A stretch of 64,000 nucleotides of DNA, taken from Nymphaea colorata. Taxonomy: Eukaryota. Of this stretch, positions 24,441-37,581 are shown in pieces. The stretch spans positions 18,104,001 to 18,168,000 of the forward strand of contig NC_045138.2 in assembly GCF_008831285.2 (NCBI RefSeq), read 5' to 3'. Position numbers and translations under genes: made by a program. Numbering within the stretch: position 1 is the stretch's first letter; each line of letters starts with the position of its first letter. The notes below the pieces were generated by a model. It worked only from the letters and a program-made list of their open reading frames with translations, was not told the DNA's origin and did no database searches.

Positions 24441-24914
24441 TGAAGATTGTATTTGTCAATTTTGAGTTGGGTAAATTTTGAATATTTTTTCTGGAATGCG
24501 GATCTGGACCCAGACTCATACTAAGAAATATCCGAGCATCCGTCCCGAATCCAATCCATTGATGAGTAGCGTCGGTTCCACAGGTAGATGTTTCCCCTGG
24601 AAAACTCTTTCCCTTTGGTTTCTTAACCCGAAAGGTTTTCTACCAGTCAACGCCAACGCCAACGCGTCGACGGCAGAACTCGACACGTGTGAAGAATCAC
24701 GAATAGTCTTGAAGCATCTCCCAGACGACGTTTCTGGTCATGCCTTCTCCTGAACGACACCTATTTATATATTGTACCTCTACAAGCCTTTTTGTTCCGT
24801 TTCAGGAGTCTCTCTTCCCTGCGCTCCTTCGATCTGCTCGACTCTCTTAACCCCAACTCGTTGTTGTTTCTTCGATTCGTCACTTCTTCCCAGTGAGATA
24901 TTGACCGGCCGGAG

Positions 24915-27304
24915 ATGTGGCAGTGGCAGAGGCCCTACAGGAAAAGCGGTGATGTCGAGGGCGGTACGGCGCCCCTCTACCCGATGATGCTCGAGAGCCC
25001 TGAATTGCGATGGGCGTTCATCAGGAAGATCTACTCCATCCTTACCATCCAGCTCCTCCTTACCATCGCCGTCGCGGCGGTCGTCATTACCGTGCGCCCG
25101 ATCTCTCTGTTCTTCGTCTCTACCACCGCCGGCCTCGTTCTTTACATTGTTATCATCATCCTGCCTTTCATTCGTGAGTTACCCTCTCTTCTCTGTGGCT
25201 GGTCTGGGTCGTCTATTCGTCTACTGGTGGGTGGGACGGGATTTCGATTTGTATGAACATTGCTGGATTACTTACTCTTTTCCCCCCCTTTTTTGGCAGT
25301 TCTTTGCCCTCTATATTTCTACCATCAGCGTCATCCAGTCAATCTGCTTCTTCTTGGATTGTTTACAGTCTCTATAAGCTTTCTCATCGGTTTGACATGC
25401 GCCTTCACCAGTGGTAAGAGATTTCTTGTCCTTTCTTAGCTTTTGAGTTTTAATCTTGATCCTTCATTTTGTGTGCACTCCCTCGCTGTTTCTTTGTCAT
25501 CTTGAGAAACTTCAATCCTGTATGTGTTTCGTGTAATTTTGGTTTGATAGTTAGTTACCGTGAGGAAATTGTGAGCGATATGAGAGTCTGATTCTTGTTT
25601 TATGTTGAGCCCTTGGAGGTCACTTAAAAAAGGATGTCAATCCTTGGGTTGAAGAGCCAAGTGCTTATTTCCCCCTCACTTCACTCCTGATGCTTAGTTG
25701 TCCTGGACCAGAAAACAGTTGGAATCGTTTTTGGTATAGGAAAAAGAATCTGAAGAGAAAAAGGGTAGCTGTCGCGGAGGGCCTTACTTGTTGGGGTCAA
25801 TCCCAATCTTTAGTTGCGTTTGACACAATCCAGGAATTTGACCGGAGATCGATTTTCTTCGTGTAGCTTGCATGATTCTTGTATATTCAACGACAAGGTT
25901 TCACATTAGGATGTTATTTGGCGATTTTGGTAGTCATAGGACCCAATTTAGGTTGACATGGTTGGTTGATATTCAACTAGTTGTAGATTCCATTTTGCAA
26001 TGCTAATGGTGCGTCCTGCATTTATGTAGATTAAGTACGTTATCAATCTCCATTTCTCCGATGCTAATGGTGTGACCTACATCTTTATTTGTGATGCCAC
26101 TGTTCAGGCTTCGGAATACTGGTAGGGCTTGGTCATGGTCGTAATGCCACTTGAAAAAGTTTTGTAGGATGAAAGGTCGTTTTTCAGTTTCATATTCCTA
26201 AGCAAATTTTGTCTGTTTCCGATAAAAAGTAGAATAGTTGGGAGAAAGTTGGGAAAGGTTAGTTGAAAAACGCATATGATCTACAGTTTCTGCAAGAATC
26301 TTATTCCTGTTAAGTTTTTAAGGGGGAAAAAGGTTCTCCCCTGGAGAGAAGGTAAACGACCTCTTTTGGCGACTCTTTTTTTTTCCTAGAAACGCACTTC
26401 CCTACGTCTAATCAAAGTGATCCAGTTCTTTTGGCTTTCAGAACCTTTGTGTAAGAATGTTTTTCGCTCGTAGTGTTCTTCGAGTACTTTGCTGGGATTG
26501 TGATGGTATTCAATTTGAGGTAGCTGTGGGGAGGGGGACGCGTAGGCACCAAAAAGATCTATTATATAAAATCACAGTTGAGCTGGCTTATCCAACCTGT
26601 GAGAATCTCTTAATGGTACATCCTTTGATAATCCAGCCTTCCGGTGAAATGTTCATATTAAAAAAAGATCCAGTGTTAAGATGAGTTGAAATTTCTAGCC
26701 ATGTGGTTGTTGCTTTTTCTAGAACGGCCTACGCCTGTAGTTGCTGGATCCTTGAATAATGTTTGAACTTTCTTGATGTATATTGCTACATGTGCTTTAC
26801 TTTATCTAGTCACTCAACTGTTCTGTCTCTTGATCAGGCAAGGTTATCCTTGAAGCTGCAATTCTGACTGCTGTGATGGTCGTGAGCTTGACACTCTACA
26901 CGTTCTGGGCAGCAAGACGGGGCCAGGACTTTGGGTTTCTCGGTCCATTCCTGTTTGGCGCTTTGTTTATTCTCATAATCTTTGGCATGATCCAGGTAAA
27001 AGTTTTACAAACCAAATAGTTGTTGCATGCTGGTCTCCATTCGTTTCCTTAATCCTTGTTGCCTGAATCCTGTTTCTGCATGTTTTTTTTTTCTCAGATT
27101 TTCTTTCCTTTAGGGAAGATTACCACAATGATCTATGGCGCCCTCGCAGCCATCATCTTCTGCGGCTACATTGTCTACGACACAGATAATCTGATCAAGC
27201 GATATACTTATGATGAATACATCTGGGCCGCAATCGCACTCTACTTGGATATCATCAATCTGTTCCTTGCCCTCCTCACTGTGTTCCGCGCATCTGATAG
27301 TTGA
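24915..27304 (+). CDS. LFG: LIFEGUARD / Bax inhibitor-1 (TMBIM) family protein, copy 1 (exons 24915-25173, 25300-25413, 26838-26995, 27098-27304; 245 aa)
   Basis: PLYPMMLESPELRWAFIRKIYSIL, HPVN..LL.LFT, LTLYTFWAA.RG.DF.FLGPFL, GYIVYDTDNLIKRY.YDEYIWA...LYLDIINLF; all introns GT-AG; frame intact. Confidence 0.95.
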
Positions 27305-29294
27305 AATGGATTGTAATCGACATCTTAATCAGCAGACCACCGTATTTTTCTTCAGTGGTGCACAGATCTTCCTGGTTAACTTTGGAAAAATTGTGGATTT
27401 GTAAAGAGCAAAAGAATTGGAAACTATAAGTACCGTGCAATTGCAAATTTAGTTCTGTTTAAGACGTACCAGGGAGAGATTGCGTTGGTTGTGGGTTTTC
27501 TCGCCTTTGCTGGTCCCTGTGGCATAGAATGTTTTCCCGTGGATCATATGAATTCATCGTTTCATTGTGAGAAGGCTGTCGACCTGTTGGGAGTAGTTAT
27601 CATTGGGAAGAATAAAAAGGCATCTCCAGAGAGACGATCAAAGAAAAAATTGAGAGCTTCAGCTACTGACCTAGTCCGGGAAAAACTCTTTTGGATGAAA
27701 CATGGTAGAATCCCTTTTTATCTGAACGGAAAGAATATAAATATTTATTTGAACGGAAAGAATATAAATAACTAAAGGATGAGGAAATCTCACAAAGCTA
27801 TATGCTATACTGAAGGATAAGGACGAGGAAGTCTCTCACAGCTACACTGAAGGACAAGGAAATCCAACCAGCGCCTCGACTACCAAATCACCATCCTACC
27901 AGGACCCATCATACGAGCAGCAATTCCATAATGTGACCCTGCAACTTGAGAATTGGACATGACAAAGATCTGTTGAGGACCAGCAATTCCCGCCCTTAAA
28001 CACCTCAAACTATTGAGAGTAATCCAAGGATCCGTCGCAGACAGCAACCTGGAGATTTGCCCTTTGTGCCAGAGAATAAACGAAAACAAGAAATAGCCAC
28101 TTCAAGGGGCCAGTCACCGTCCTTACACATTTCCCGTAAAGGACTGGAGAAAACTCCAGTCTTGTGTATAACGGATATAGAAGAAAAACACAGACCTCTT
28201 TTAACATGGAAATGCTTGAGATGGCTGTGAAATCGGTGGCAGCATGACCTTGACCGCTTCCTACTCTTCCCGCAATTTTCTCAAGTCGCGCCTCTTTCTT
28301 TCAGCATTCCCTTTGAAGAACCCATAACTACGTTGACGAGGGCGACTAAACTGATGCCTTCACAAATATTTGCATTCTTGAAGCAGAGATTTGCCGTAAC
28401 CCCCTCTTTTCCCTCCAATGACAGAAGTTGCCTCTCAGGGCTTATCTTGAAACCCTGGCATTTTTCAAGCCGTATAATTGCATGGCTTTGGAGCTTGATT
28501 GAAAAGAATGGACTTACCGCGGAACAACTGAAGGGAAGCATGAGGCTGTAAACTGAGCTATGGGGAAACTAGTATTGGCCAGCATTATCATGACGTGGTC
28601 GTTATTTCTCAGCACATACTGCAAAATGGCGCAGCTCCATCTTTTAAACATCTTTTTCTGTTGACTGTGCCCAAGTTTCCAAACAATTAAGATTTGTTCA
28701 CCAGTTCGGAGCCTTCAAAAAAAAAAAAAAAAAAAAACCCTTCCCACAATCAGGAATCCTTTAAAGTTTAAACTTCACGCTTAGTCATTTTTCAAGCTTG
28801 TGGATGAGGGTTATCCTCAGTTGTAAAGAAAGGACGATATCATCTGTAAAACATAATTCGAGCAGTTGAGGAGTTATTCACATCCCTTGGATTCTAGAGT
28901 TTTGATAATTTATTTCAAACTTTTTTTGGAAAAAAAAAATGCAAATTAATATGCATGTTTAAAAATATAGAAGTGGATAAAAAGCATGTTCTACTTTCTT
29001 AGACATGAATATGAGCGTTAGAAAAAATAATAATCTATTGATTTCAAATTCTCATCTACACGTTTAAAACATACTTCCGTTTTATAGATTGAAAATGTTG
29101 GCATTCATAAGCATAAACGATAGACCGAATTAAAAACGTAATGCATGTCGAAATTAACCAGTATTACAATGAGACTGATTGAACTCATTCCTCAACCAGC
29201 CTCAAACTTGGGCTGCTTTGTCTCTCCAAGTCCCAGCTTAAGTCACTTATCTATGCAAACTGTACCTTAACTGTATGGTTAATTTGCGAAGTTA

Positions 29295-29713
29295 AGGGGC
29301 GTTTGATGAGATTGGGATTGTGGAATCTTGGAATTAAAATTCTCATTTTTGATGAAATGTAAATTGAGCTATGAAACAAAAAATTTTGATTCCAAAATTA
29401 TAGCTACACTTGTTCATCAAAAATTCCAAAATTGTAATTCTGCTTTAGGAAATGAAATTATGATTTCAGGATTTCAGAATTTTATTTATCTTTCTTTAGG
29501 GTACATGCCATGATGATTTTAATTCATCAATTCTAAAATTTTAATTTCCTGTTTTATCAAACACATTATATTAATTTTAAAATCAAAATTCCAGGCTATC
29601 AAACACAAAGGAAAAGTAAAGAAGAGAATCTTCATTCCAGTTTCAGTTTGAGGTGGAATTTTGTTTCTAGAATCTCAATTCTATAATCAAATTCAAGATC
29701 GTCAAATGCCCCC
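29295..29713. mobile_element. Tourist/PIF-Harbinger-type MITE
   Basis: TIRs GGGGCGTTTGA / TCAAATGCCCC; TTA on the left flank; AT-rich interior without a real ORF. Confidence 0.7.
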
Positions 29714-32700
29714 TACAAGAAAAGACAAGTATGGGTTTGTCAATAGCCACAACCCAGAGATGAGCACCTTAACAGCTCTATGAGAGAAGGAACTGATTCA
29801 AACTGGCCTCTGGCTCAAAATAAACAGGCCTCATATGAACAACTTTGACGGTAGAATCTGCCAATCCATGGAAGTGGCAACCATGACCGACTTAGTGCCC
29901 GTTTGCCTGCCAGGTGAGTTCTATTGTGGACGCGGGATAGTTGCTTGATGGAAGAATTTGTTGTTAAAAAGACCATAAATCTTCGCTAAAGCCATCATAA
30001 ATCATCCCCACATATAAACTGTCCCTAATGCCAATGGAGTAAATTAGCACATGCATGAAGAATTTCACTGCCATGCAGACCCATATACCCTAAGAACCTA
30101 TAATTGGTGAACTAAAACCATATTCAAACTTCAATATAGTCAAAATTTTCGAAGTAGACCTTCTAATCGTGCAGAACAGTACGACAATGAACTAAATATG
30201 CTTTTAGCTTACAGAAAGTCATTCATTTTCACTATAAATTTGGTATCAATGTTCTACTTCCTCTCAAAAGATCTTCAAGACAAGAATAAACTGATTTCTG
30301 CTTCACTATTGTGCTCTCTAGGACCATTTTCACTGCCTACATGCAAGATTAAACAACCAATAATGATATTAAAGAGAGGGAAAAAAAAAGAAAAGAAAGA
30401 AAAGGATAGCTAAAGCAAGCCCACATCTTAAGCTAATCAAGTTAAAACTGGCAAGCACAACATATAACCCTCATAATGAAACTTTCTCGGTACAACCCTC
30501 TGGTCGTTATTTTGATGACCCTTCTCGCTTGGCACCTGCAGATCATTTACAAGCTAGTTGTGCATGAACGTAGAATTTTTCATCGGCTAATTGACATCAA
30601 GCATTCCAAATGCAGCTTCTTGCAGCCCATTCGGTGTCTATAAAATCCCTGGTCAAGAAGAGAGAAACATCAAAAACAAACCAAGAAGAAATGTGACAGT
30701 GCATGCAAGATCACAGTCCATGTTCAAACTTGTCCACTAATGGAGCAGAAACTAGTTTGCATGAAAGTGTGGAGGTTTTGGTCCATCATCTTGTATAGTC
30801 ATGGCTGCCTTCAAATTTTATGCCCCACAAGGATTTTATTCCCTGATTGCCTATTAACACAAGAACGACAAAAGTCTCCAACTCAAAAATACTAAATGTT
30901 GCAATGCAGGACAATTGAAGTTCTCAAAGACATGAAATTTCTAGTTTTTCAAACTTAGATGGCATTAACCTAAAATTCACTTGGTAAAAGCATGTCAAAT
31001 TTAGAACTATCTATAGTATGAAGGCCTTGAGAGAATTGTTACGTCCACAAGAATTCACAGTTTCATTCATCCAGCGAGACACATAGAAGTCAGACTTGTA
31101 CCATATCACGGAATGATGAACATTCAAGAAAATATAACACAGTTCTACAACAATCGAAGTCTATAAAGCAAAAGCCCAAAACAAACAGATCAGTTAATGT
31201 TGCACTTACCAGAGACTCATTTTTCCTTGCAGGACGTATAGTCAATGCCACCACCAGAGCGAAAACAATCACTCTGTACCTGGGCATTGCCAATTTCCAC
31301 ATCCAAGAACTGGACATATTCTTCTAGAACCTAGAAATCTTGCAACCATAAAGGGGAAACACAATACGATTTGCGTTGCCGACTTGCCGACAAAGATGCA
31401 GCGATGCACCACAATAGATGGCTCAGTAAAACCTAAAAAGGAAGTTCAAGAGCAAATTAGACTGTTACTAGTGCACTAACATGAAAGACAAAAATATATG
31501 TAGCTTTCAGGAACTCAACAATTTGTTGTAAAAAATATCATTGCCAGGCAGCAAACATGTCTAAAGATGCCTGAGCATTCATAATCAAGGCACATGAATA
31601 TTCAAGACAAATTTGTTAAGCTTCTTTTGAATGAAACTTGTTAAAGATATTAGTCTCATATGCTGCACTCAAATCTCAGAAGTGTCAACATCATTCAGTC
31701 AAAATCATAGCTACAAGCCATTCAGATAGGTTGATTGACTAGACAGGTGTTTAACTTGCATAAAGGTTTGTCAATCAAGTTACTGATGAAAAGTTTCCCT
31801 AAAGAACCTATCAACTGCGAACTTTGCAGTTTGCCTGGACCCTGCTCACCAAGTTCTGCTCACCAAGTTCACACACGACATACTGTCCAGTAGACCCAGA
31901 CATTGCAATGCAGTACTGCAGAGATGTAAAGAAAGAATTAAAAACTCAACCAATGTTTTCGGTATATATCCAGAACATATAAACATACCTAGTGTTTGAT
32001 ACAACAATTAGAGTACTTCCAATTAGAGGGGACAAAACAAGAGGTGCTTCCTAATGTGTACCATTGATATTTGAAGGGTTGCAGAGCTAAAGTGATGACA
32101 TCTGCATTACCTGCTTCTAGCAAAGCTTCTATTTTTACTTATTGCATTTGAATACCCTTGGAGGATCCACCCACTCTGTTTGTCTGTCTTGGAGCATCTT
32201 CACCTTCCACGGTTTAAGTCTTTTTCTTTTCTTTACCTTCTCAACCCACAAGGCCCTCATGCGCATGCTCATCAAATATTGCCCCTTGAATAATTCCCAC
32301 CTAAATGTGTTGAACATTGAAAAACACTTCAGCATTCAAATGCCTTGTCATTCCAAGAAAATTACGATAAAAAAACGGAGAATTGAAAGACCACCTGTGT
32401 GACAATTGCATAAAGTGGTAGAGTGCTGTAGCTGCAAGGACCTTGAATAATCAGCCTGCACCTCATGAGGCAAAACATTCTGTTCGAGAGAGAGATAGCC
32501 AACTATAAGTCTTGGAATAATGAAACCAATGCTCCCATTATGCAAGAGTCAAAACCATGTTTTCTGCAGCCATACAATTTGCCTGAAGGAGCTTCAGTCT
32601 GAGTAAAGCATTAACCCACCAAAAAAGAAATCTAGTTCTACAAGTTCATATCAGTCATGAGGAATAGTTCGAGCTCCAGTCAAGTGGGTTACAAAGTATC

Positions 32701-32930
32701 CACAAACAACCAATATAAGTGCATAAAAAGGAGCTTTAGGGAGAGTGCACCTTGTATCTTTCACTTCTCCTGAAGGGGTGCTAACTTAACCCTAACAATT
32801 AAGATTCCGAAACCATGGTTCTCAGTTCACATCACTTATATCAACCATTAACCATCTCTAAGGTTTAAACCTTGGCATGCCCAAAATTGCAATGAAAAAA
32901 GCGAACAAGAAAGTTGATAAATATGCTGCA

Positions 32931-34568
32931 TCACTTTTGAGAATTTATTGTTCGAGGAGGCTTTGAATCTAGCAAGAAATGAAACAATTCACTGTTCACT
33001 TCTATCAAACTACAACCAGGCTCCTTCCTCACACCTCTATTTCCCATCAACTTCCTCACCTCTTCTGCTCCATCCCATCTGCCAATCGATGCATACATAT
33101 TCGACAACAGAACGTAGTCACCACTTTGATCCGGTCTGAGTTCAAGAAGCTTTCTTGTTGCACGCTCAGCCAAACAGAGGTCGCCATGAATCCTACACGC
33201 CCCCAAAAGTGTTCTCCAGATGATAGCATTAGGCTCAATTGCCATTCCTTCTATGAAGTCGAAGGCTTCTTTCAGAAGCCCAGCTCTGCCAAGGATGTCC
33301 ACCATACAACCATAGTGCTTGATGTTCGGCTCAATTTTGTACTTATTTCTCATGATTTCAAACCATCGACGGCCCTCCTCCACCTTGCCTGCATGGCTGC
33401 AAGCAACCAAAACCCCAACGAACGTGATCCCATTGGGCCTGACCATTTTCCCCCTTTGCATCTCCTCAAAAAGGGAGAGAGCCGACTCCGCATGGCCATG
33501 AAATGCCAACCCCCCAATTATTGAGTTCCAGGAAGAAACATCTTTTTCATGCATCTGGTTAAACACCCTCAGCGAATCAACTATGCTACCGCATTTTGCA
33601 TACATGTCTATGAGTGCGTTTCCCAGAACGACGCTCAATTCATTGACTGCATCACCTTGTTCCAAAACGGTGTGAATCCTCTTACCAACGTCTAAGGCCC
33701 CGACATCAGCGCAAGCCGAAAGCAGACTCAACATGGTAACCTCATCAGGCCTCTCACCCGCCTGCTGCATCTCGTCAAACAACTCCATTGCTCGGCTCTG
33801 ATCCCCACAAAGCACATACCCAGAAATCATTGCGTTCCATGAAACAACGTCCCTCTGAGGGATCTCATTGAACAGTCGACGAGCCGACTCCATATCGCCG
33901 CACTTTGTGTATGCTGTGACCATGACATTCCATGAAATCAAGTCTCTCTCAGGCATTCTATCAAACAAGTAGCGTGCATCCTCTATCTTGCCCCTCCTCG
34001 CGTACCCAACTGTGAGAGCAGACCAAGCAACAACATCTCTCTGAGCCATTTCATCAAACAAGTGGCGGGCAACTTCCAAGCTGCCGCTACCTGCATTCAA
34101 GTGGATGAGAGAGTTCCTCACAAACACATCCGATTGAAGCCCCAGCTTTAGAACACGACAGTGCACTTGGTTACCCACGGAAATAGATCCTAACTTCGAG
34201 CATGCCTTCAGGAGAAAAGGAAACGTGAAGCTATCTGGCTTCACGTGAGATTTCTCCATCTGGGTGTACACAAAAATGGCCTCAATGGGCACCGAACTTT
34301 GAGAGAAACCTCTGATCATGGTGTTCCAGATGAAAACCTCCGGTGCCAGGACATGGCCGAAGATCTTGCGGGCGTAATGCATGTTGCCAGGGATGGTGAT
34401 GGCACAGGCAAACACAAGCTCTCGCACCGCAGAGGCATCGCTGTTGAAGCCATGGACAACCATGTGAGCATGAATTTGCTTGAGCGTGCGGAGGGTGGTG
34501 ATCTTCTTCCAGATAGAGCTAATGGTCCGCTTGGTTGCAGGGTTTGCCTTCGATTTCCTGATGATCAT
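32931..34568 (-). CDS. PLS/E-class pentatricopeptide repeat protein (resembles Arabidopsis At5g15300 from memory)
   Basis: Intronless 545-aa ORF with tandem PPR motifs (VSWNAMISGY, NALIDMYAKCG, HYGCMVDILGRAG), E motifs (W..LLGACRIHG, YVLLSNMYA) and PG box KEPGCSLIE; no DYW domain. Confidence 0.95.
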   Translation of the reverse strand: MIIRKSKANPATKRTISSIWKKITTLRTLKQIHAHMVVHGFNSDASAVRELVFACAITIPGNMHYARKIFGHVLAPEVFIWNTMIRGFSQSSVPIEAIFVYTQMEKSHVKPDSFTFPFLLKACSKLGSISVGNQVHCRVLKLGLQSDVFVRNSLIHLNAGSGSLEVARHLFDEMAQRDVVAWSALTVGYARRGKIEDARYLFDRMPERDLISWNVMVTAYTKCGDMESARRLFNEIPQRDVVSWNAMISGYVLCGDQSRAMELFDEMQQAGERPDEVTMLSLLSACADVGALDVGKRIHTVLEQGDAVNELSVVLGNALIDMYAKCGSIVDSLRVFNQMHEKDVSSWNSIIGGLAFHGHAESALSLFEEMQRGKMVRPNGITFVGVLVACSHAGKVEEGRRWFEIMRNKYKIEPNIKHYGCMVDILGRAGLLKEAFDFIEGMAIEPNAIIWRTLLGACRIHGDLCLAERATRKLLELRPDQSGDYVLLSNMYASIGRWDGAEEVRKLMGNRGVRKEPGCSLIEVNSELFHFLLDSKPPRTINSQK

Positions 34569-35114
34569 AACTCAATCCCCTTTCATGCGATAGCGGAGAG
34601 ATTTTTGGCGGAGGCGGAACGAACTCGCAGTAAATGAAAAAAATTTGTAAAATTAAAATAAACATTAGGTTAAAACTAAAAGTAAACAAATAACTATAGT
34701 TATGAGCAAATTTAAAATTGGTCTCAAAAAGTCCATCTGTTTGACCAAAGTTACCATTGGCCACACAAAAGCAAATCAAATAAATGTAGTTCATACTTGT
34801 CCAATTTTCTCATGTCCACGTTATGGATAACATGTATCTTTTAACAAATTCTATCATTAGCTAAAATCATCACAAATCAAGCTGCTGATTTGTCTCAATT
34901 ATTTCCTCTCTTTATAAACAAGTACCTTCCATCAGTGCATGTAAAAAAAAAAACATCACAATAACCATACCACATTATAGGCTAAACATAATCTTGTCAT
35001 GCTAAACATGTTCTAACAGAAAGTGCATCAATATGTCAATATCTTGAGGAACTTGGAATGCAAATCATGAAGATTTTGCTATCTTTTACAAGTCTCTCAG
35101 GAAAAGCTTTATCA

Positions 35115-35910
35115 ATGAGAGAACAATTAATGAAACACTACAAAACGTAACACGACATAACAAGCTAATGTATGGGAAGCATTGAACTGTTAACTAAATG
35201 GAGTATAAAATACTAGTCTATCCTAAGACAGACTTAAAGCACCTAGTTTCACGTTAACCTAAGCAACAACACCTGCAAAATTGATTAAAACAAGGTTGAG
35301 CAAACTAAAATCAAGACAGACCAATTGAATTAGCACCAAGTTGGCACAAGAAGTTATAACCTACTCAGCATAAACAAGTCCTAAACTAGATATGGAATTG
35401 AAATACAAGGAAACTCTAGAAAAATGAAGGCCAATTTCAAGCAACTTGAGCTTATGCTAGGTATGGACTTCAAGCGCTTGGCTCTATATTTTGCTTATGA
35501 TATCACTTTTTTTTTTAAATCCAAGGATTCCATTCAATCAATTGCATGTGTTTTGATCCGAATTTCCCGAATGTTAGAGAAAGAAAATGGGAAGGGTTTT
35601 TACCATAAATCTCTAGGGTTTCATCCGTGCTCCTCATCAGCCATTCACCTAAGATAAGATGAGATAAGAGAGGATCTGTACTGTGCAGGGAGAGGGAGAG
35701 AGAGTGTGGGAAGCTCCACATTCCCTATTTCAGTCCTCACTATTTTTCTTTTATTATTTTTTATCTTTAATTTTTAAAATCATTTTACACTCAATGGCAG
35801 AAAGTCCTTAATGGGAGCATTGGCTCGCCTCTCACAAGTAGGATGAAATACTTTTTCTGCTCACTTGAAAAAAGACAGGGTTCTATCTGTTTTGCTTGTG
35901 ATGTTTCTCT
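35115..35910 (+). repeat. Non-coding segment duplicated at 48757-49075 and 49970-50500
   Basis: Shared blocks such as ACAATTAATGAAACAC, CCTAGTTTCACGTTAACC, AAATCAAGACAGACCAATTGAATTAGC, CGCTTGGCTCTA, CTCCTCATCAGC and CACATTCCCTATTTCA occur in the same order. Confidence 0.8.
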
Positions 35911-36747
35911 CTTAAAAAAGAAAAAATATTTACAGTTTATGCTACCATGTTTCTTTCACCATCGCGGCAAGCTTTACCATATATTATTACCATAATTTTA
36001 AATATGAACCCCACTTTTTTATTCCTTTGGTGCCGATTTCACTTTTGCCAATATAACTGTACTATGACATTGTCCTTGTTGAATGAAAAGAAAACTGTCA
36101 TTTGACTCATCTACCTTATTCTGGCTCTCGTAGGCCTTTAATTGATAATTATCAGTAAATTGAGGCTCTTGTTGCAAAAAGTACAAGCATGAGGCTAACG
36201 CCTTAAATGCTGTCCCTTAAATGAAAATTTCTTTGAAAAAAGAATGTCGTATAAGTAAATGCAGGTAACGCCTCCAATTTATTGAGGCTGAGTGGACCCC
36301 GCTTAGCGGGCATTTGGCTGCCCAGCATCACATAAGGGGTTCATTTTAAATCTATGATATTAACAAACTGGATTTGAGAAATGAAGATCTGAAATCACCA
36401 TTATCTTAAATTCATGGATCTCGAGGAAGAGGGTTTTAACTCGAGATCCATGAGTTCCAAGTTATATATGCGTTGCATACTGCAAGCATGATTTCATATT
36501 ACTGTCAAACTTGAAGAATATTACTCAAATAATCTAACGCACCCTTACAAGTGGCTTAAGATGAGGACTAGACTTGTCAAAATACCAGCCATCGTGACTC
36601 ATTTAATTTCATATTTCTGAGCCTTAATTTTGACAAGTTCTAAAGTGGTTATACGTCGTCAACCAGAAGCTTCGTTCTGATGTGAAAGGAAAGAGTTGTT
36701 TTGAAGCTTCCTTTTTTTCTCCCTCTTGAGTTAAGGCCCTTTTTTTT

Positions 36748-37065
36748 CACTTGGCTAAAAGAACGTTAGTAAAAAACCAAAGTGAAAACATCAATAAAAC
36801 ATTTAGTGACGTTCATTTGACGCTAAACAAAAGGTGAGCGAACACTATATCGCTAATGACTTTATTGACATATCTAGCAACATCAGTTAAAATTTATTAT
36901 TAGTGACATTAATAAAAAAAAAGTTAGTAAATACTGAACTTTCTGACGTTCTTACCGTAATTAACAAACGCCTGTCGGTGAAAACCCTGGCGAAGGATTT
37001 ACTGACGCAATGTAACGTTGATAAAATAACAGTTATTTACTGATGCATTGTCATCATTTGACGGT
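36748..37065. repeat. Array of ~10-bp TTTACTGACG-like motifs in both orientations (CACTA-like subterminal repeats)
   Basis: Forward TTTAGTGACG, TTTATTGACA, TTTCTGACG, TTTACTGACG, TTTACTGATG; reverse CGTTAGTAAA, CATCAATAAA, CATCAGTTAAA, CGTTGATAAA. Confidence 0.55.
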
Positions 37066-37581
37066 TAATATATACTTCTACTTTCTTCAGTTTACATTAT
37101 AAATGTGACATTTAAATATTGAATATATGAACCATCATGCTTTGTAAATATGTAGATACATTCTATATGATTGTAAAAATGTTCGTCAAAAATATCATTT
37201 TGGTTTTAATCCTCTTACGTTTACAAATATATGTAATGTGGCCCACGTTCCACGACCCAGTGTTCAACTCATAAAATGCAAGACCCACTAGCTTCAAGTT
37301 CCGCGTTTGGGCAATAAATTGATTAACTTTTAGGTTCTGACCGGGTCCTATACGCATACGCCCTCCTCCTCAGATTTTTCAGTTTATGGACAAGATGAAG
37401 GAAATAGGAAGGTCCTTCATGCCAACCTCTCTTAGCTACTTCTACTTATAAGCTTCCTTCTTCTTTCCCTCTCTCCATCTCGAAGTTCTTCTGTTGATTT
37501 TCCATTGTCCCCCTCCCTCTCTCTCCCCCCCGCCCCTCCTCGTAGTGATTAGGTGGTGGCAGGCAGAAGACAAGTAACAAC

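Noticed and set aside
27800..28560. Coding-like stretch with several short ORFs downstream of LFG1
   Set aside because: No consistent frame or family motif; could be UTR or decayed sequence.
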